Source: Octopus sinensis
Lineage: Eukaryota
Length of the DNA: 64,000 bases
Assembly (NCBI RefSeq): GCF_006345805.1
Contig: NC_043002.1
Location: forward strand, 112,530,001 to 112,594,000
Direction of reading: 5' to 3'
A program made the position numbers and the translations under genes. Each line of letters opens with the position of its first letter. Position 1 is the stretch's first letter. Positions 39,573 through 52,669 of this stretch are shown piece by piece. Under the pieces are notes generated by a model. The model saw only the letters and a program-made list of their open reading frames with translations. It was not told the DNA's origin and searched no databases.

Positions 39573-39955
39573 GGAGGCGCAATGGCCCAGTAGTCAGGGC
39601 AGCGGACTCGCGGTCATAGGATCGCGGTTTCGATTCCCAGACCGAGCGTTTTGAGTGTTTATTGAGCGAAAACACCTAAAGCTCCACGAGGCTCTGGCAG
39701 GGGATGGTGGTGATCCCTGCTGTACTCTTTCACCACAACTTTCTCTCACTCTTACTTCCTGTTTCTGTTGTACCTGTATTTCAAAGGGCCGGCCTTGTCA
39801 CTCTCTGTGTCACGCTGAATATCCCCGAGAACTACGTTAAGGGTGCACGTGTCTGTGGAGTGCTCAGCCACTTACACGTTAATTTCACGAGCAGGCTGTT
39901 CCGTTGATTCGGATCAACCGGAACCCTCGTCGTCGTAACCGACGGAGTTCTTCCA
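39573..39955 (+). mobile_element. SINE family C
   Basis: Full copy. TSD AGTGAGGAGGAG at 39553-39564 and 39957-39968. Confidence 0.92.
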
Positions 39956-40243
39956 AAGTGAGGAGGAGATAACCACTCCGAAATGCATGCATCCAACAGT
40001 CTGGTTAGGTAACGTTGCGAACTGACTCGGTGTATTTACAATTATTTGTCTACAGCGAGATATTTTCTCCATGACAAAAATAAGTGAATGGCTCTCTTAC
40101 TGTTTTGAATATGCGTCGAGTATATCTAAACAGGTGACTAGTTTGTATTGATAGAAATAAAGTACCAGTCAATATTTGGGGTCGATGCAAGCCTCCATCC
40201 AACTTCTAAAATCTACTAGCCCTGAGCCAAAATTCGAAGCAAT

Positions 40244-40294
<51 letters not shown>

Positions 40295-40338
40295 GACTAC
40301 TACTGCTGCTGCTACTACTACTACTGCTGTTGCTACTA

Positions 40339-40385
<47 letters not shown>

Positions 40386-40672
40386 AGTTTGACTTTTGCT
40401 TTATATTTGTACAAGTTGGTCCAAGTCTCACCCGGAGACCTCAAGAGACAACAGGTTGGGAGTTCACGTTGTTGTTTTGCCTAGTGTGCCATATATTTGG
40501 TTGTTTTTTGTGTTGTACTGGTGGATGTCTAAAAAAAAAATTTTTTATGTTGTTTTAAACCTTGAGATTACATAGAAAGTATTTTGCGTAGGATATAAGC
40601 AGTTCCCATGAGCACTATCTTTTGAATTTCTGCCATTTTTGGGTTTCCTGGTATCTATTATTATTATTATTA

Positions 40673-40717
<45 letters not shown>

Positions 40718-40740
40718 CACCATCATCATCATCATCATGT

Positions 40741-40950
40741 AGGTGGCGAGCTAGCAGAATCGTTAGCCCTCCGGTTAAATTGCTTATCGACATTTCCTCC
40801 GTCTTCATGTTCTGAGTTCATATTCTGGGGAATTCGCCTTTGAGTTTCATGTTTTCGGGGTCGATAAAATAAGTACAAGTTGAGTGCTAGGTTTGATGAA
40901 TTGGCTATACCCCTCCCCCACAAATTCCAGGCCTTGTGCCTATTGTAGAA
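40741..40950 (+). mobile_element. SINE family A' (family A head and core, different tail)
   Basis: GGTGGCGAGCTAGCAGAATCGTTAG...GGGGTCGATAAAATAAGTAC...CCCCCACAAATTCCAGGCCTTGTGCCTATTGTAGAAA. Confidence 0.78.
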
Positions 40951-41465
40951 ATTATTATTATTAATATTATTATTATTATTAGTTGTTGTTGTAGTAGTGG
41001 TAGTAGTGGTAGTAGTAGTAGTAGTATAGTAGTAGTAGTAGTAGTAGTAGTAGCAGCAGAGGGAGGAGGAAAAATAAGGGAAGAGGAGGAAAAGGAAGAG
41101 CGGAGGAGGGGTGGAGGAGGCGTAGCAGCAGTAGATGATAACGATGATGATGATGATGGAATAAGATGAAGAGAAAAAGAGTAGCAGGCGCAAGAAGAGG
41201 AGTGTTCATGTATAAATATGTGTGTGTGTATGTGTGTGTGTGTGTGTATCGATTTTTGCCTGCAAACGGTATTATTTTTCAGTATCAGATTGGTATTTAC
41301 AAATGTATAACATACTATATGCTTATATTTGTGCATGTGTATACACGTGTATTGACGTATGCATATATTATATATTATATATATATTATATATACACACA
41401 CATATATATATATATATATATATTATATATTATATATATATATATAATATATATATATATGTATA

Positions 41466-41522
<57 letters not shown>

Positions 41523-41691
41523 ATACACATTTATGTATATATGTGCGTATATATGTGTTTGCATGTGTGTATGCATTTATCCGTGTGTGTATTTATGAAT
41601 ATAAACGCAGATGCATTCGGTTTTAAATGGAAACACATGAAAGAACGCTTAGGTATGTGTAGGCAGTTATAGAGGATCCATACACATAACA

Positions 41692-41726
<35 letters not shown>

Positions 41727-41920
41727 ATATATATTCGACTTCTTATGGATACAGACTTCTAATCATAGTCCACTATATACTTGGATACATACGTCGACAC
41801 ACTCACACACACATACACACACACATACACACACACATATCAGCTTACTTCTACATACGTCTATGTACATTTACATGCAGACATGCACATACGCACGCGC
41901 TCACGCACGCAAACACAGTC

Positions 41921-41964
<44 letters not shown>

Positions 41965-43943
41965 ATATATGTATCCGTATCGGCTCATCCTTATAAGCGT
42001 CGATATACGTAATGGTGTACTCTGCATTGCATTACATTACAGTCACACATTTTACCAAATACCTAAATTAAAAACTGTTGCAAGCTCTGCAAAATGGAGG
42101 AGACTGGTGCTGGCGGACGTCAAACATGATCCAGATATGTCACGGCCAATACAATCTGTCAATGGAGAACGCCATGCGTAAGTTTAACTTCAGTGCTACG
42201 GGTCCGTTGAGGCAATGAATAGTTCATGACAGTCGGCCATTTCTCTACGCTGATTGATGCTACAGCTCATAGTAAGGTCAACAGTGTCTATTGCTGTTCT
42301 CTCTTCCTTTTTTTCCCCTTTTATTCTTTCTCTCTTTGTTATTCTTCTTCTTCTATCATTATATCTTTCTTCCCTTACGCCTTCGCCATTCTTCTTTCAT
42401 TCATTCCCACTCTTTTCTTTTTATGAAGTTATTGGCAAATGGAAAAAGAAATCTTTCTGCCGTCTTATGAATCAAGATCGCTTGTTTCTATTATTCAGCC
42501 AGCCGCGCTAGTTAGCTGATTGAGCGAGATCTCGTGATATTTCACCGGATGGGCAAACGTCAGAAAGGTGCTGCCAAAAGGAATATGGTCTGAATATGGT
42601 TTGGTTCGCATCCGCGTTCAGTTTCTTAATAGCAAACTTCTTTCTGACTATTCAGCGTGATTCAAGTGTGAACGATCATCAACAAGCAACATTGCAAATG
42701 GCGATAAAGAACGCAATCACTGGATAACCGCATAGTGTCGTGATATATTGATGATGAGCGAGAAAGGAAAATTAGTCTTTTTAAGGACAACAGAGAACGT
42801 TGTGATATATCGGCTTGTGATTTCATTTGTCAAAACAAATTTTATACAGTTTTGTATTAGATAAAGAAATCACCTTATATTTTAGTGAGTCTGTAGAAAA
42901 GACATATCTCATATCTCAGCAACAAAGCTTTATCTTTTGATAACAATCAACAAAAGCAGACGTTTAATTACAATAATCTATGTTCTCTGATCTGCTGACT
43001 CAGCTTCTTTCAAATATTCATTCAATATGGAAGGCTATAGAAAATCCTTTAGATCCTGTCTATTCTATTTTCTGGTTTATCTATGTAGCATAAAACGGAT
43101 GTAGTACATATTTCCCACAACCATTATCACTGCTTCCATCACCACCACCACCACTACTATCGCCGCTATTACCATCGCCACTACCACCATCGCAACTACG
43201 ACTCTCACCACAACTACACATATATAGCTGGATAGGAGAATATATTGCAGACTAGTGTTTATTTTCCAACTGAATAAACATGTTAAATCATATTAAATTG
43301 CTTTAAATCGGATACAATGACCTGGGTGTTAATGTACTGAACTACTGGACTATCAAACTAACTACCACGAGTTCAAATATTGCCCATGGCATTATATCGG
43401 AGCAATGTAATAGAAAAGGTCTCGTCCTCTCATTCTCTCTGGTCTCAGTCGACTACCAACGTTGATAGACAATTCCTCATCTTAAAAAATAAATCAAAGT
43501 TTCACGAAAGACTACTGACTACATATTTCCGTTGGTAGTGCTTTAAATTGCCGACATTGCATTAAGAATGTAATAAGACTCAACGTTGTTACTCTTTTAT
43601 TTGAGCTGATATTCAGCTTCTGAAATAACAAGTCGGCAACCAAATGACAAAGTAGCTACCTCCACACGGGTCGAGACAAAAGAAAAAAGTTAGATTGAAT
43701 TATAGCAAATAGTTCGACGTGAATAAAGTTTTAATTTTTGAGATATTGGGGCACAGTGAATATCGAAGCACTAAAAATACACTAGTATACTTCATTCAAC
43801 ACATACACAAACACGTATAGACGCAAATACACCTGAAGAAACACAAAGCGTACACACATACCCAAACTCGTACGCCCAGAGCACACATATTTACTACTAC
43901 TACTACTACAACTGCTGCTGCTACTAATACTATTACTACTACT

Positions 43944-44447
43944 GCCAGAAAACCCAGCAACACATGCTTCCTTAAAATACCCCGTTTTAGCGAGAGGATA
44001 ACTACATCCATCGGAAGAGCCATAAGAAGAGAAGGGCTAGATATACAATTAGCCCACTCCGGCCCCTCTCTGAGAGGACACTTCACTAAGAAACGAACAA
44101 TGGACAACAATCAATGTACACTAACAAACTGTCCCATCCGTGACACTCATTTAAGCCAACGGGTTAATGTTATGTATAGAATACAATGTAACAAATGCAA
44201 CAAGTTCTATGTGCGTAGCACAACAAGACCGTTACAGGTCCGCATCAAAGAATATCTGAACACGAGAGATTTCTCCTTCAGAAAACATCTAGACAGATGC
44301 CGGAACACCGACAACAGCATAACAATTACAATTGAGGCCAATGAAAGAAATTTGGGTAAATTAAGGATTAAAGAAGCTATACTCATACACAGAATAGGGC
44401 CCCAAATTAACAACAGGCTGGAGGCTGGTAATCAATATATTATTTAG
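43944..44447 (+). pseudogene. Penelope-like element: linker plus GIY-YIG endonuclease (5'-truncated)
   Basis: Frame is open from 43944: LKIPRFSERIT..LDIQLAHSG..CTLTNCPI..NVMYRIQCNKCNKFYVRSTTRPLQVRIKEY..KLRIKEAILIHRIGPQIN. The YVG and EH motifs are mutated to YVR and EY. Confidence 0.85.
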
Positions 44448-44750
44448 ATACATCTATTTGAGTGTAGTTTCATTTTTGATAATATGCTCATTTGTAGTTT
44501 ATAACAATAACAAAAAAACAAAGAAGAAAAGAGAAAAAAGAAGGGAAAAAAGAAGCTGCATGTATAATACATAACTTAGAAGCAGCGCTACGGATGTACC
44601 AGCACACACGAGATTGAGACATGGCCGACCTCACACGCTTCTCATGAGGAATTCCGGAAGGAGCGTCATGAGACCACTCCTGAAACGCTTCCGAAAAAAG
44701 AAATAAAGAAAAGCCGTTGGAAAAGCGATTACAGTAGCTACTCTATCTAA

Positions 44751-44790
44751 GAATATCTGAGGAAGGAATATTATCCCGAAATATCATATC
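44751..44790 (+). ncRNA. Putative minimal type I hammerhead ribozyme in the Penelope pseudo-LTR
   Basis: GAAUAU-CUGAGGA-AGGA(AUAUUA)UCCC-GAAA-UAUC-AUAUC: intact CUGANGA and GAAA boxes, 4-bp stem I, 3-bp stem II with an A.C closing mismatch, palindromic AUAU in place of stem III, AUC cleavage triplet. Confidence 0.62.
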
Positions 44791-44914
44791 AGACCGTGGA
44801 TGACTAAATTACAAAAGGCATATATCCCATTGTCTGTATTATAGTGCATTGTTGTACTATTCAAAACTTCTTTACAAACAATACACAATGCTTCAAGCGA
44901 ACTACAATACTCTC

Positions 44915-46195
44915 CTATATATGAGCATGTCTAGATATGCAACTATATGCATAAGAAAACAGACATAAAATATACAAATCTTCACATACCTATATAAATA
45001 TATGCATGCATACATACATACGTACATACATAGATACATACATACATAGATACATGCATACATACGCACAAACAGAAATACTCTATTGTTAATGTTGAAA
45101 TTCCAGTCAAGGAGCCTTGGATCTAGGTTAGAAACCGGTTCTTTCTCTATTAGCAAGAAATCTTGAAATAAACTGAATAATTACATACATACATACATGC
45201 CTACATACATACATACATACATACATACATGCCTACATACATACATACATACATACATTGGAGAAAGCTGATTCGAAGACTACAAGTCATCACCAGAACT
45301 GTAAGAATTTGTAAAACTTTTCAGAAGTTTATCATTTAAGTATATATACTCATGTCTAGACATGGAACTCTATGTCTGAGAATATATACATAAATCAAAA
45401 CATATAATAAATCTTCACATGCACTGACTCCAAATTCTGCACTTATACACACACATACATATACAAATACCCTATTGATATTGAAATCCCCATGAAGAAG
45501 GAGCCTTGGATCTAGGTCACAAACAGGCTCCTTCACTATTGGCAAGAAATCATGAAATAAAACTGAACTATGACATGCATGCATACATTCATATATACAT
45601 ACACACACAAATACATACACATATGCCTACATACGTACGCATAAATACATACATACACATACATACATACTACATACATACATACATACACACATACATA
45701 CATACATACATACAAACATACACACATGCCTACATACGTACGCATAAATATATACATACACATACATACATACATGCTACATACCTACATACATGCATAC
45801 ATACATACATGCATGCATACATACATACATACATGCATACATACATACCTACATACATGCATACCTACATACATGCATACATACCTACATACATGCATAC
45901 ATACATACATGCATACATACATACATGCATGCATACATACATACATACATACATGCATGCATACATACATACATACATACATGCATACATACATACATAC
46001 ATACATACATACATACATACATACATGCATGCATACATACATACATACATACATACATACATGCATACATACATACATACATGTATACATACATACATAC
46101 ATGCATACATACCTACCTACCTACCTACATACATACATACATACATACATACATACATACATACATACATACATACATACATACATACATACATA
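44915..46195 (+). mobile_element. Two tandem copies of a microsatellite-flanked short element (core GAAATTCC..GGAGCCTTGGATCTAGG..GCAAGAAATC.TGAAATAAA)
   Basis: Cores at about 45080-45180 and 45470-45570, each embedded in (CATA)n. Third copy at 51408-51690. Confidence 0.75.
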
Positions 46196-47004
46196 CTCTT
46201 GCACAAAACTACGTAGACACAACCAAACTGATTATTTCAATGCTATCACCTTCCACTTTTATATCTATATCTCTTATCCATCAAAAGTTTTGTAAAAGCA
46301 AGTGCAATACTTTCTTAAAGTGTAAACGAAGGCATAAACCTCCTGGCTTACGAATCCAGGACGACACAAAAACAGAAATCCTATCCTCTTGAGCTTCGTG
46401 GAAAACTAACGAGAGATATTTAACCTCTTTACTTACAGATTTAAAAATTTATGTACGGTTTCATTACCAAAACATTAAGAACAAGTCAAATACGCCATTT
46501 TATTATTGAAAATTGTAACTGAACATAATTTTAAATGGTTCCTCATTCTATAGAATGTCTTACATTATCTCGCAAAGCTTCAGAATTAATTGTTCTGGGA
46601 TAATGGCAGACACTTTAAACTCCATTGTTAGCAGTGTTCGACAACAATAATTCCGAAGAAGAAAAAAACAGTATTTGAATTAATAACAAATGTTAAGTCC
46701 CCTACTAAATATCTTCATATATTGTATGGATGTTTACTAGTTACTCGTGCTTTTGTTTTTGTTGTTGTGGTTGATACTAATAATATCGATGTTGTTGCTG
46801 TTGAAGATATCGTTTATTTTATGTTGCTAATGTTGATTTGCAGCGCCTTTTTTTTTTAAATTCAAGTATTCCATATAAATAAGTGACAAATGGAATTGTT
46901 TTATATCGTTCCTCGCTGAAAATTAGAAATTTTCGTTTAGTTTCGAAACACTTAAGTCTACTTAGAAATGTTTCAATATTTGAATCAGCCAGCAGACATA
47001 GCAC

Positions 47005-47070
47005 AAACACACGCACACACACACACACACACGCACACACACACACACACACACACACGCACTCACACAT

Positions 47071-47101
<31 letters not shown>

Positions 47102-47672
47102 AACACACACACAAACACACACACACAAACACACACACACAAACACACAAACACAAACACACACACGCACACACACACACGCACACACAAACACACACAC
47201 ACACAAACACACACACATACACACAAACACACATACACACACATACACAAATATACACACACACATTAAACCTGTACACACATGCATAATATATGTGTGA
47301 GGGCTTACGCATGTCTGTGCATACGATGCGCGTGAGAGTGTTCGTATGTATGCGCATCTGTGTGAAGTACGCACACGCATACACTTAGACATACAAATGC
47401 AAATATATAATGCGCCTTAATGTATGCATGTATATATGTATGCGTATATAAATGTTTTGAAATACGATATATGAGCTTCGTTTATGAATATTTAAAAAAA
47501 TAGTTAATGCATGTGGGTGCGCATATGTACATGCATACTCACATACATACATACATATACATATATATATATATGTGTGTGTGTGTATGTGTATATATGT
47601 ATGTATGTATGTTTGTATGCATGTATGTATGCATGTATGTATGCATGTATACATGTGTACATGCATACACAT

Positions 47673-47707
<35 letters not shown>

Positions 47708-47767
47708 CACTTGCTTTTGTGCATGTATGTGTGTATGTGCATGTATGCATGTACGTATGCATGTATG

Positions 47768-47799
<32 letters not shown>

Positions 47800-47940
47800 T
47801 GTATGTAGGCATGTATGTATGTATGTATGTATGTATGTATGTATGTATGCATGTATGTATGTATATATGTATGTATATGTATGCATGTATGTATGTATGT
47901 ATGTATGTATGTATGTATGTATGTATGTATGTATGTATAT
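47005..47940. repeat. (CA)n/(CAAA) and (TATG)n compound arrays
   Basis: Direct reading. Confidence 0.95.
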
Positions 47941-49469
47941 TACATGATATTGCCATCAGTGAATATTTGTGAAGAAAAAGAAAATATCCTTTACGAGGTT
48001 TTCTCAGTTTATAAATGAAAGTGTTCTTTCGCAACTATTCAGTAATTAATGACTTGGAACAATTTGTTTTCACGCATCATTAAGCTGCTCCAGATTTCGG
48101 CATTATCGTGAAGTGTCTTTGGCAAAGGTCACTGATGCCATATCGCATGAAATGGACCATTATTTCTAAACTATTAATATCCTCTATCAAAGATACCGTT
48201 CACACTGCACGGCTCTTGGGTTGCCGTCCATTCCCATCACTGAACACGATCAAACTAAGTTATTCTATCTTTTTTTTTTGTCTTTTTGTTTTAATATTTT
48301 GGGGTTGTTTTTTTTTTTTTGTTTCTTCTTTTGTTACGTGTAGTGATGTGTAAGTAAAGCTGGCTGCTATGTTTCACACGTCAAGTCCTCTCCTATCACA
48401 TTCTACACTGTCATAGAGAAAAGAATTACTGACTCTCTCCCTAAATCTCTCTTTCTCTTTCTCACTCTCTCCCCCCTCTCTCTCTCGCTCTCTTTCTTTC
48501 TCCTTCCTTTTAAATTCCTTAAATTAAAATACATTGCTCATTATTACTTCGTCTTCTTGAATACTGAACATGTTTCTGTCTCTGTGTTGCACCTGACTTA
48601 CCCCTCTTTTCCCCTACACATAAGCGCATTCACAGACAGACACTGAAAACACGCGCACACACACATACACACAGATACTCATAGAAATTGTCTTTCTTTA
48701 GGATCAAACTTTCGCTATTTGTCTCTACATTCCTTTCCATATTCTTTCTGATTCATGCTTCTTTCAGTGACTCGGAGTTAATAAGTACAGTCACTCATGT
48801 TTCCACATCCTTTGATTAAACACTAAGCTGATTTTTCTGAAAGGATTTGAATGTTCGATTAATTGAGCCCCCCTCCCCACTCCTTTCCCACCATCTTACT
48901 ACTTACACTTTTTATTGCTCCTGGTAAAAAGCCCAACGAGATTTGAACATGAAGCTGAGAAGCTTGAAATTAAACACCACGAATTGTTTGTCCACAATTT
49001 TATGATCTTGGCTGCTACCGCAACACTGTTTTCAGTTTTTATTTCAATTTGTAATTAAGCAAATTTATTATCATAAACAATCCAGCTTTCACCATTCCAT
49101 CTCAGAAATAGTATATCGAAGACAATATTAGTTGACGGCTCATTCGTATTATATGACGGAAGTGTGTATGAGGAAAATTTAGCTAGTAATCGAGCAACTA
49201 CACAGAGGTTCTGTTGTCCGTTCACACACGTAATAGCTGTCGTATAGACTTAATCCAACGCATGAGTCTGCATGTGGTGGCTCTACCTGCTAGAAATAGC
49301 AAAGAATCATCTGTTAAATCATACTTCATTGAAGTGTTTTTCTTTGGGTTCCAGTGCGGAATTAAAATCATCTTAAATGCATGGCTTTTGCAGTTTGTAT
49401 GAAGATACATACGTTCTGCCAAGCTGATTTATTTGGGATACACTACAGGAAGACTTTAAGATATGTCTC

Positions 49470-49660
49470 TACAACCTATACAGAAAAAGGAAGTCGATTA
49501 CATCAACCGTCAGTGATCAACTGGTACTTGTTTTATCAACCCCTAAATGATGAAATGTAAAGTCGACCTCGGTGGAATTTGAATTCAGAAGGTAAAGACA
49601 GACGAAATGTCACTAAGCATTTTGCCTGGCGTGCTAACGATTCTGCCAGCTCGTCGTCAT
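49470..49660 (-). mobile_element. Old A/A' SINE remnant
   Basis: AAGTCGACCTCGGTGGAATTTGAATTCAGAA...GCTAACGATTCTGCCAGCTCG. Confidence 0.75.
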
Positions 49661-49991
49661 AGTAAAAGGAACTACTGACAGAAGATTTAAATGAAGAACA
49701 GGCAATCAATTTATTTCTATTACAATATGTCCGATATTTCTTTTACAATGATTAATTGTTTAAAGTAATCAGTTCCCCAACAATACACCAATGCTCACAA
49801 ATATATTTTAAATATCTATATTTATAAATTAATTCACCATTAAACAAAATAAATTTGTTTTAATACGCAGCTTCATATTCGTTGGGTCTTTTATCATAAC
49901 GTTTAATTACACAGTAAAATGTAACACGAGCAATCTAGTGAAGGTTTGTGCAGGTATACAATTAATTCAAGGAATGGATTGAACATTATAC

Positions 49992-50029
49992 CGTTCAACG
50001 TTTCAGTCAGAATGCTTCATCAGAGAACG
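49992..50029 (-). ncRNA. Putative minimal hammerhead motif, with an inverted degenerate copy at 50164-50197
   Basis: Minus strand CGUUC-U-CUGAUGA-AGCAUUCUGACU-GAAAC-GUU-GAACG, with palindromic AACGUU and a 5-bp stem I offset by one U. Confidence 0.5.
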
Positions 50030-51400
50030 ATGAAATATCAACGGGTGTTACGGACGAAATACAACAGGATAAATAAGTGCAATTACTTTCTCTGTCTCCT
50101 CGTGTTATAATGTTTTATAACTCTCACCGATTTCAAATTCAGCAACCTCAATTGATATTTTACTCTCCGATGAAGATTTCTGCCTGAAGCGTTAAACTTT
50201 TCTTCTCGGCCTAAGATTTATATTACACTTTTAAACTATTTGATTGCATATTTCTTTGCTTAACTATCTATCGACAGTTTTGGGTTTTTGAAATATAATG
50301 AATCGAAGTCTTTGATGTTTTTTTATTATTGATAGTTTTGATAAATCGAATACATTACAGAAAGAACTGCAATGAAATCAGAAAAAAAAAACATCTCATA
50401 AATTGTAAAACAAAAATCTCCTAAATTATTATCAAATTAAGCAATTGGAAAGCTAATATATTGAGGAATAACAAATGATTGGATTCACGCATCTCAGTAA
50501 ACGGGATTGTTTGGATGTTTTTAAATCATCGTCCAGCAATTCTCCAACCTGATAGCTGAGCTGAATGACAGATTTACTGATTTAAACATTTCTCTCTTGA
50601 AATATTCATCCATTTCTTTCTAATAACTGCGAAAATAAAGAATCTTGGTATGGCCTTTGAACAGGCTAGCGAATTAACTGACTTGAAAAACGAGACATCA
50701 TGAAACCATTTGAAGCTTCAAATCATGGGCTGATGTGACATGAGGCCCAAGTTAGTTTCAAAGAGGGAAAATTCAGAGGTGGGGGAAATATTTTTTACCA
50801 TTTCCATCAACATATTGAGTCGAATGTGCTCTCACTGTTGTGATGGACTTCATGGTTAAAATAGGAGGACACCTCAGTATTTGCAAGCGCGGTGACCTGA
50901 AAACGAAATTAACCTTTTTCACCTCGACTTTCTCAATTAGTGTCGTTAAACAGAACTCATAATTCTCAATAAAATTCCATAATTTCAAGGGACATTTGTT
51001 AAATTGGTTATAATTAAAGAATAATAGTTTTTCTATTTTATATTTCTTATTCATTTTTAATTAAATATTCAAAATTAATTGTATTATATTTTGTTTCGTT
51101 GGATTAATTTCTTAATATTGTTGATTGTTATTTTATAAATACGACAAAAGTATACTTTTCGGACAACTGGAGAAGATTCTATGGAACCTGATGTCAATAA
51201 CAGAGGGACATATAGTAACAGAACGTTAAGAATGGTCTATGTAGTCGACCAATCTTTCAGAATTAGGAACGTCATATCACATCCTACGGTCTTAAAATCT
51301 GAATGGAAGAATTAGAATGTTTTTAACCAGAAGGTTCACAACAATAACATCAATACTAACAGACATTTTTCTGGTTAATTTATGTATGAGTGTATATTGC

Positions 51401-51407
<7 letters not shown>

Positions 51408-51435
<28 letters not shown>

Positions 51436-51684
51436 TGTATGTATGTAGGCATGTATGTATGTATGTATGTATGTATGTAGGCATGTATGTATGTATGTAA
51501 TTATTCAGTTTATTTCAAGATTTCTTGCTAATAGAGAAAGAACCGGTTTCTAACCTAGATCCAAGGCGCCTTCACTGGAATTTCAACATTAACAATAGAG
51601 TATTTCTGTTTGTGCGTATGTATGCATGTATCTATGTATGTATGTATCTATGTATGTACGTATGTATGTATGCATGCATATATT

Positions 51685-51690
<6 letters not shown>
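51408..51690 (-). mobile_element. Inverted near-identical copy of the 44991-45257 microsatellite-flanked element
   Basis: Core and variant microsatellite flanks match the 45-kb copy almost base for base. Confidence 0.85.
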
Positions 51691-51718
<28 letters not shown>

Positions 51719-51742
51719 TGTATGTATGTATGTATGTATGTA

Positions 51743-52635
51743 CGAGGTGGTATCAAAAAGTTCATGGACTAGTTATGTTTGATAGAAAATAACTTATTTA
51801 CGCAAGTGTTAATATCATCTCCTTTGAAATAGCCACCTTGCGCAGCAATACACTGGTCTCAGATTCCTGCCACTTTTGGAATCTGGCCTGGAAGTCGTTT
51901 GCCGTAAGCTAGTCGACGGCCTTCTGCGATTGGCTCTGGATCTCAACAGCGGTATTAAAACGGTGACCTTTGCGTTACATTTTCCTCTTAGGGAAGAGGT
52001 AGAAGTCTGCAGGCACTAAATCTGGCGAATAGGGCAGGTGCAGAAGCGATACCATGTTGTTTTAGCGAGAAACTTACGAGCGAGGAGAGCTCGGTGACCG
52101 AGTGCATTGTCGTCGCGAAGAATCCAATAGATGGCGCTTCACAGGTCTGGTCGTTTTCGCAGAATGTCCTCCCTCAAACACTTCAAAACATCGCTGAGGA
52201 AATCTTGATCGACGGTCTGGCCCTGGGGAACGAATTCTCGATACACAACAACGCGGATGTTGAAAGAAACGATGGGTATGCGCTTGATTGCGCTGTGGCC
52301 CTGTCGTGCCTTCTTCGGTCGTGGAGACGATGAGGAGATGAAGGGCTCTTCCATTGTGAAGATTTCTGCTTCGTCTCAGGGTCGTACTCAATGTCTCTGT
52401 AGCAGATTCCCTAAACTTATCGCAAAATATCACGTTGTCTCTTATTTCCAACTTCCTGTCCATGACAAAGTCACAGATTGTAGTAAACACGTGATCAAAA
52501 AACACAAATACCACAACTTGCGAAGTAAACACAGGGATGTCACTCGGCACACTGCTTTGTGAAGGTTACTGCTAACTCTCACTGCGCATGTAACTGTCTG
52601 CTGCCATTTCTTGGGAACTTTTTGATACCACTTCG
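51743..52635 (-). mobile_element. Internally deleted mariner (DD34D-type) with TIRs and TA duplication
   Basis: 21-bp TIR CGAGGTGGTATCAAAAAGTTC (1 mismatch), TA at both ends. Remnants YDPETKQ, SPRPKKARQ, EFVPQGQTVDQ, LREDILRKRPDL. Confidence 0.92.
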
Positions 52636-52669
52636 TATGTGTATATGCATATATGTATGTGCGTATATA

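Noticed and set aside
39573-39650. tRNA-Arg(TCG)-like gene, and other tRNA-like heads
   Set aside because: The acceptor stem does not close, and each head runs directly into a SINE body with a TSD.
5641-39907. Recurrent ORFs MVVIPAVLFHHNF... and MFIERKHLKLHE...
   Set aside because: Chance frames within family C SINE copies. Start and stop positions vary with copy-specific indels.
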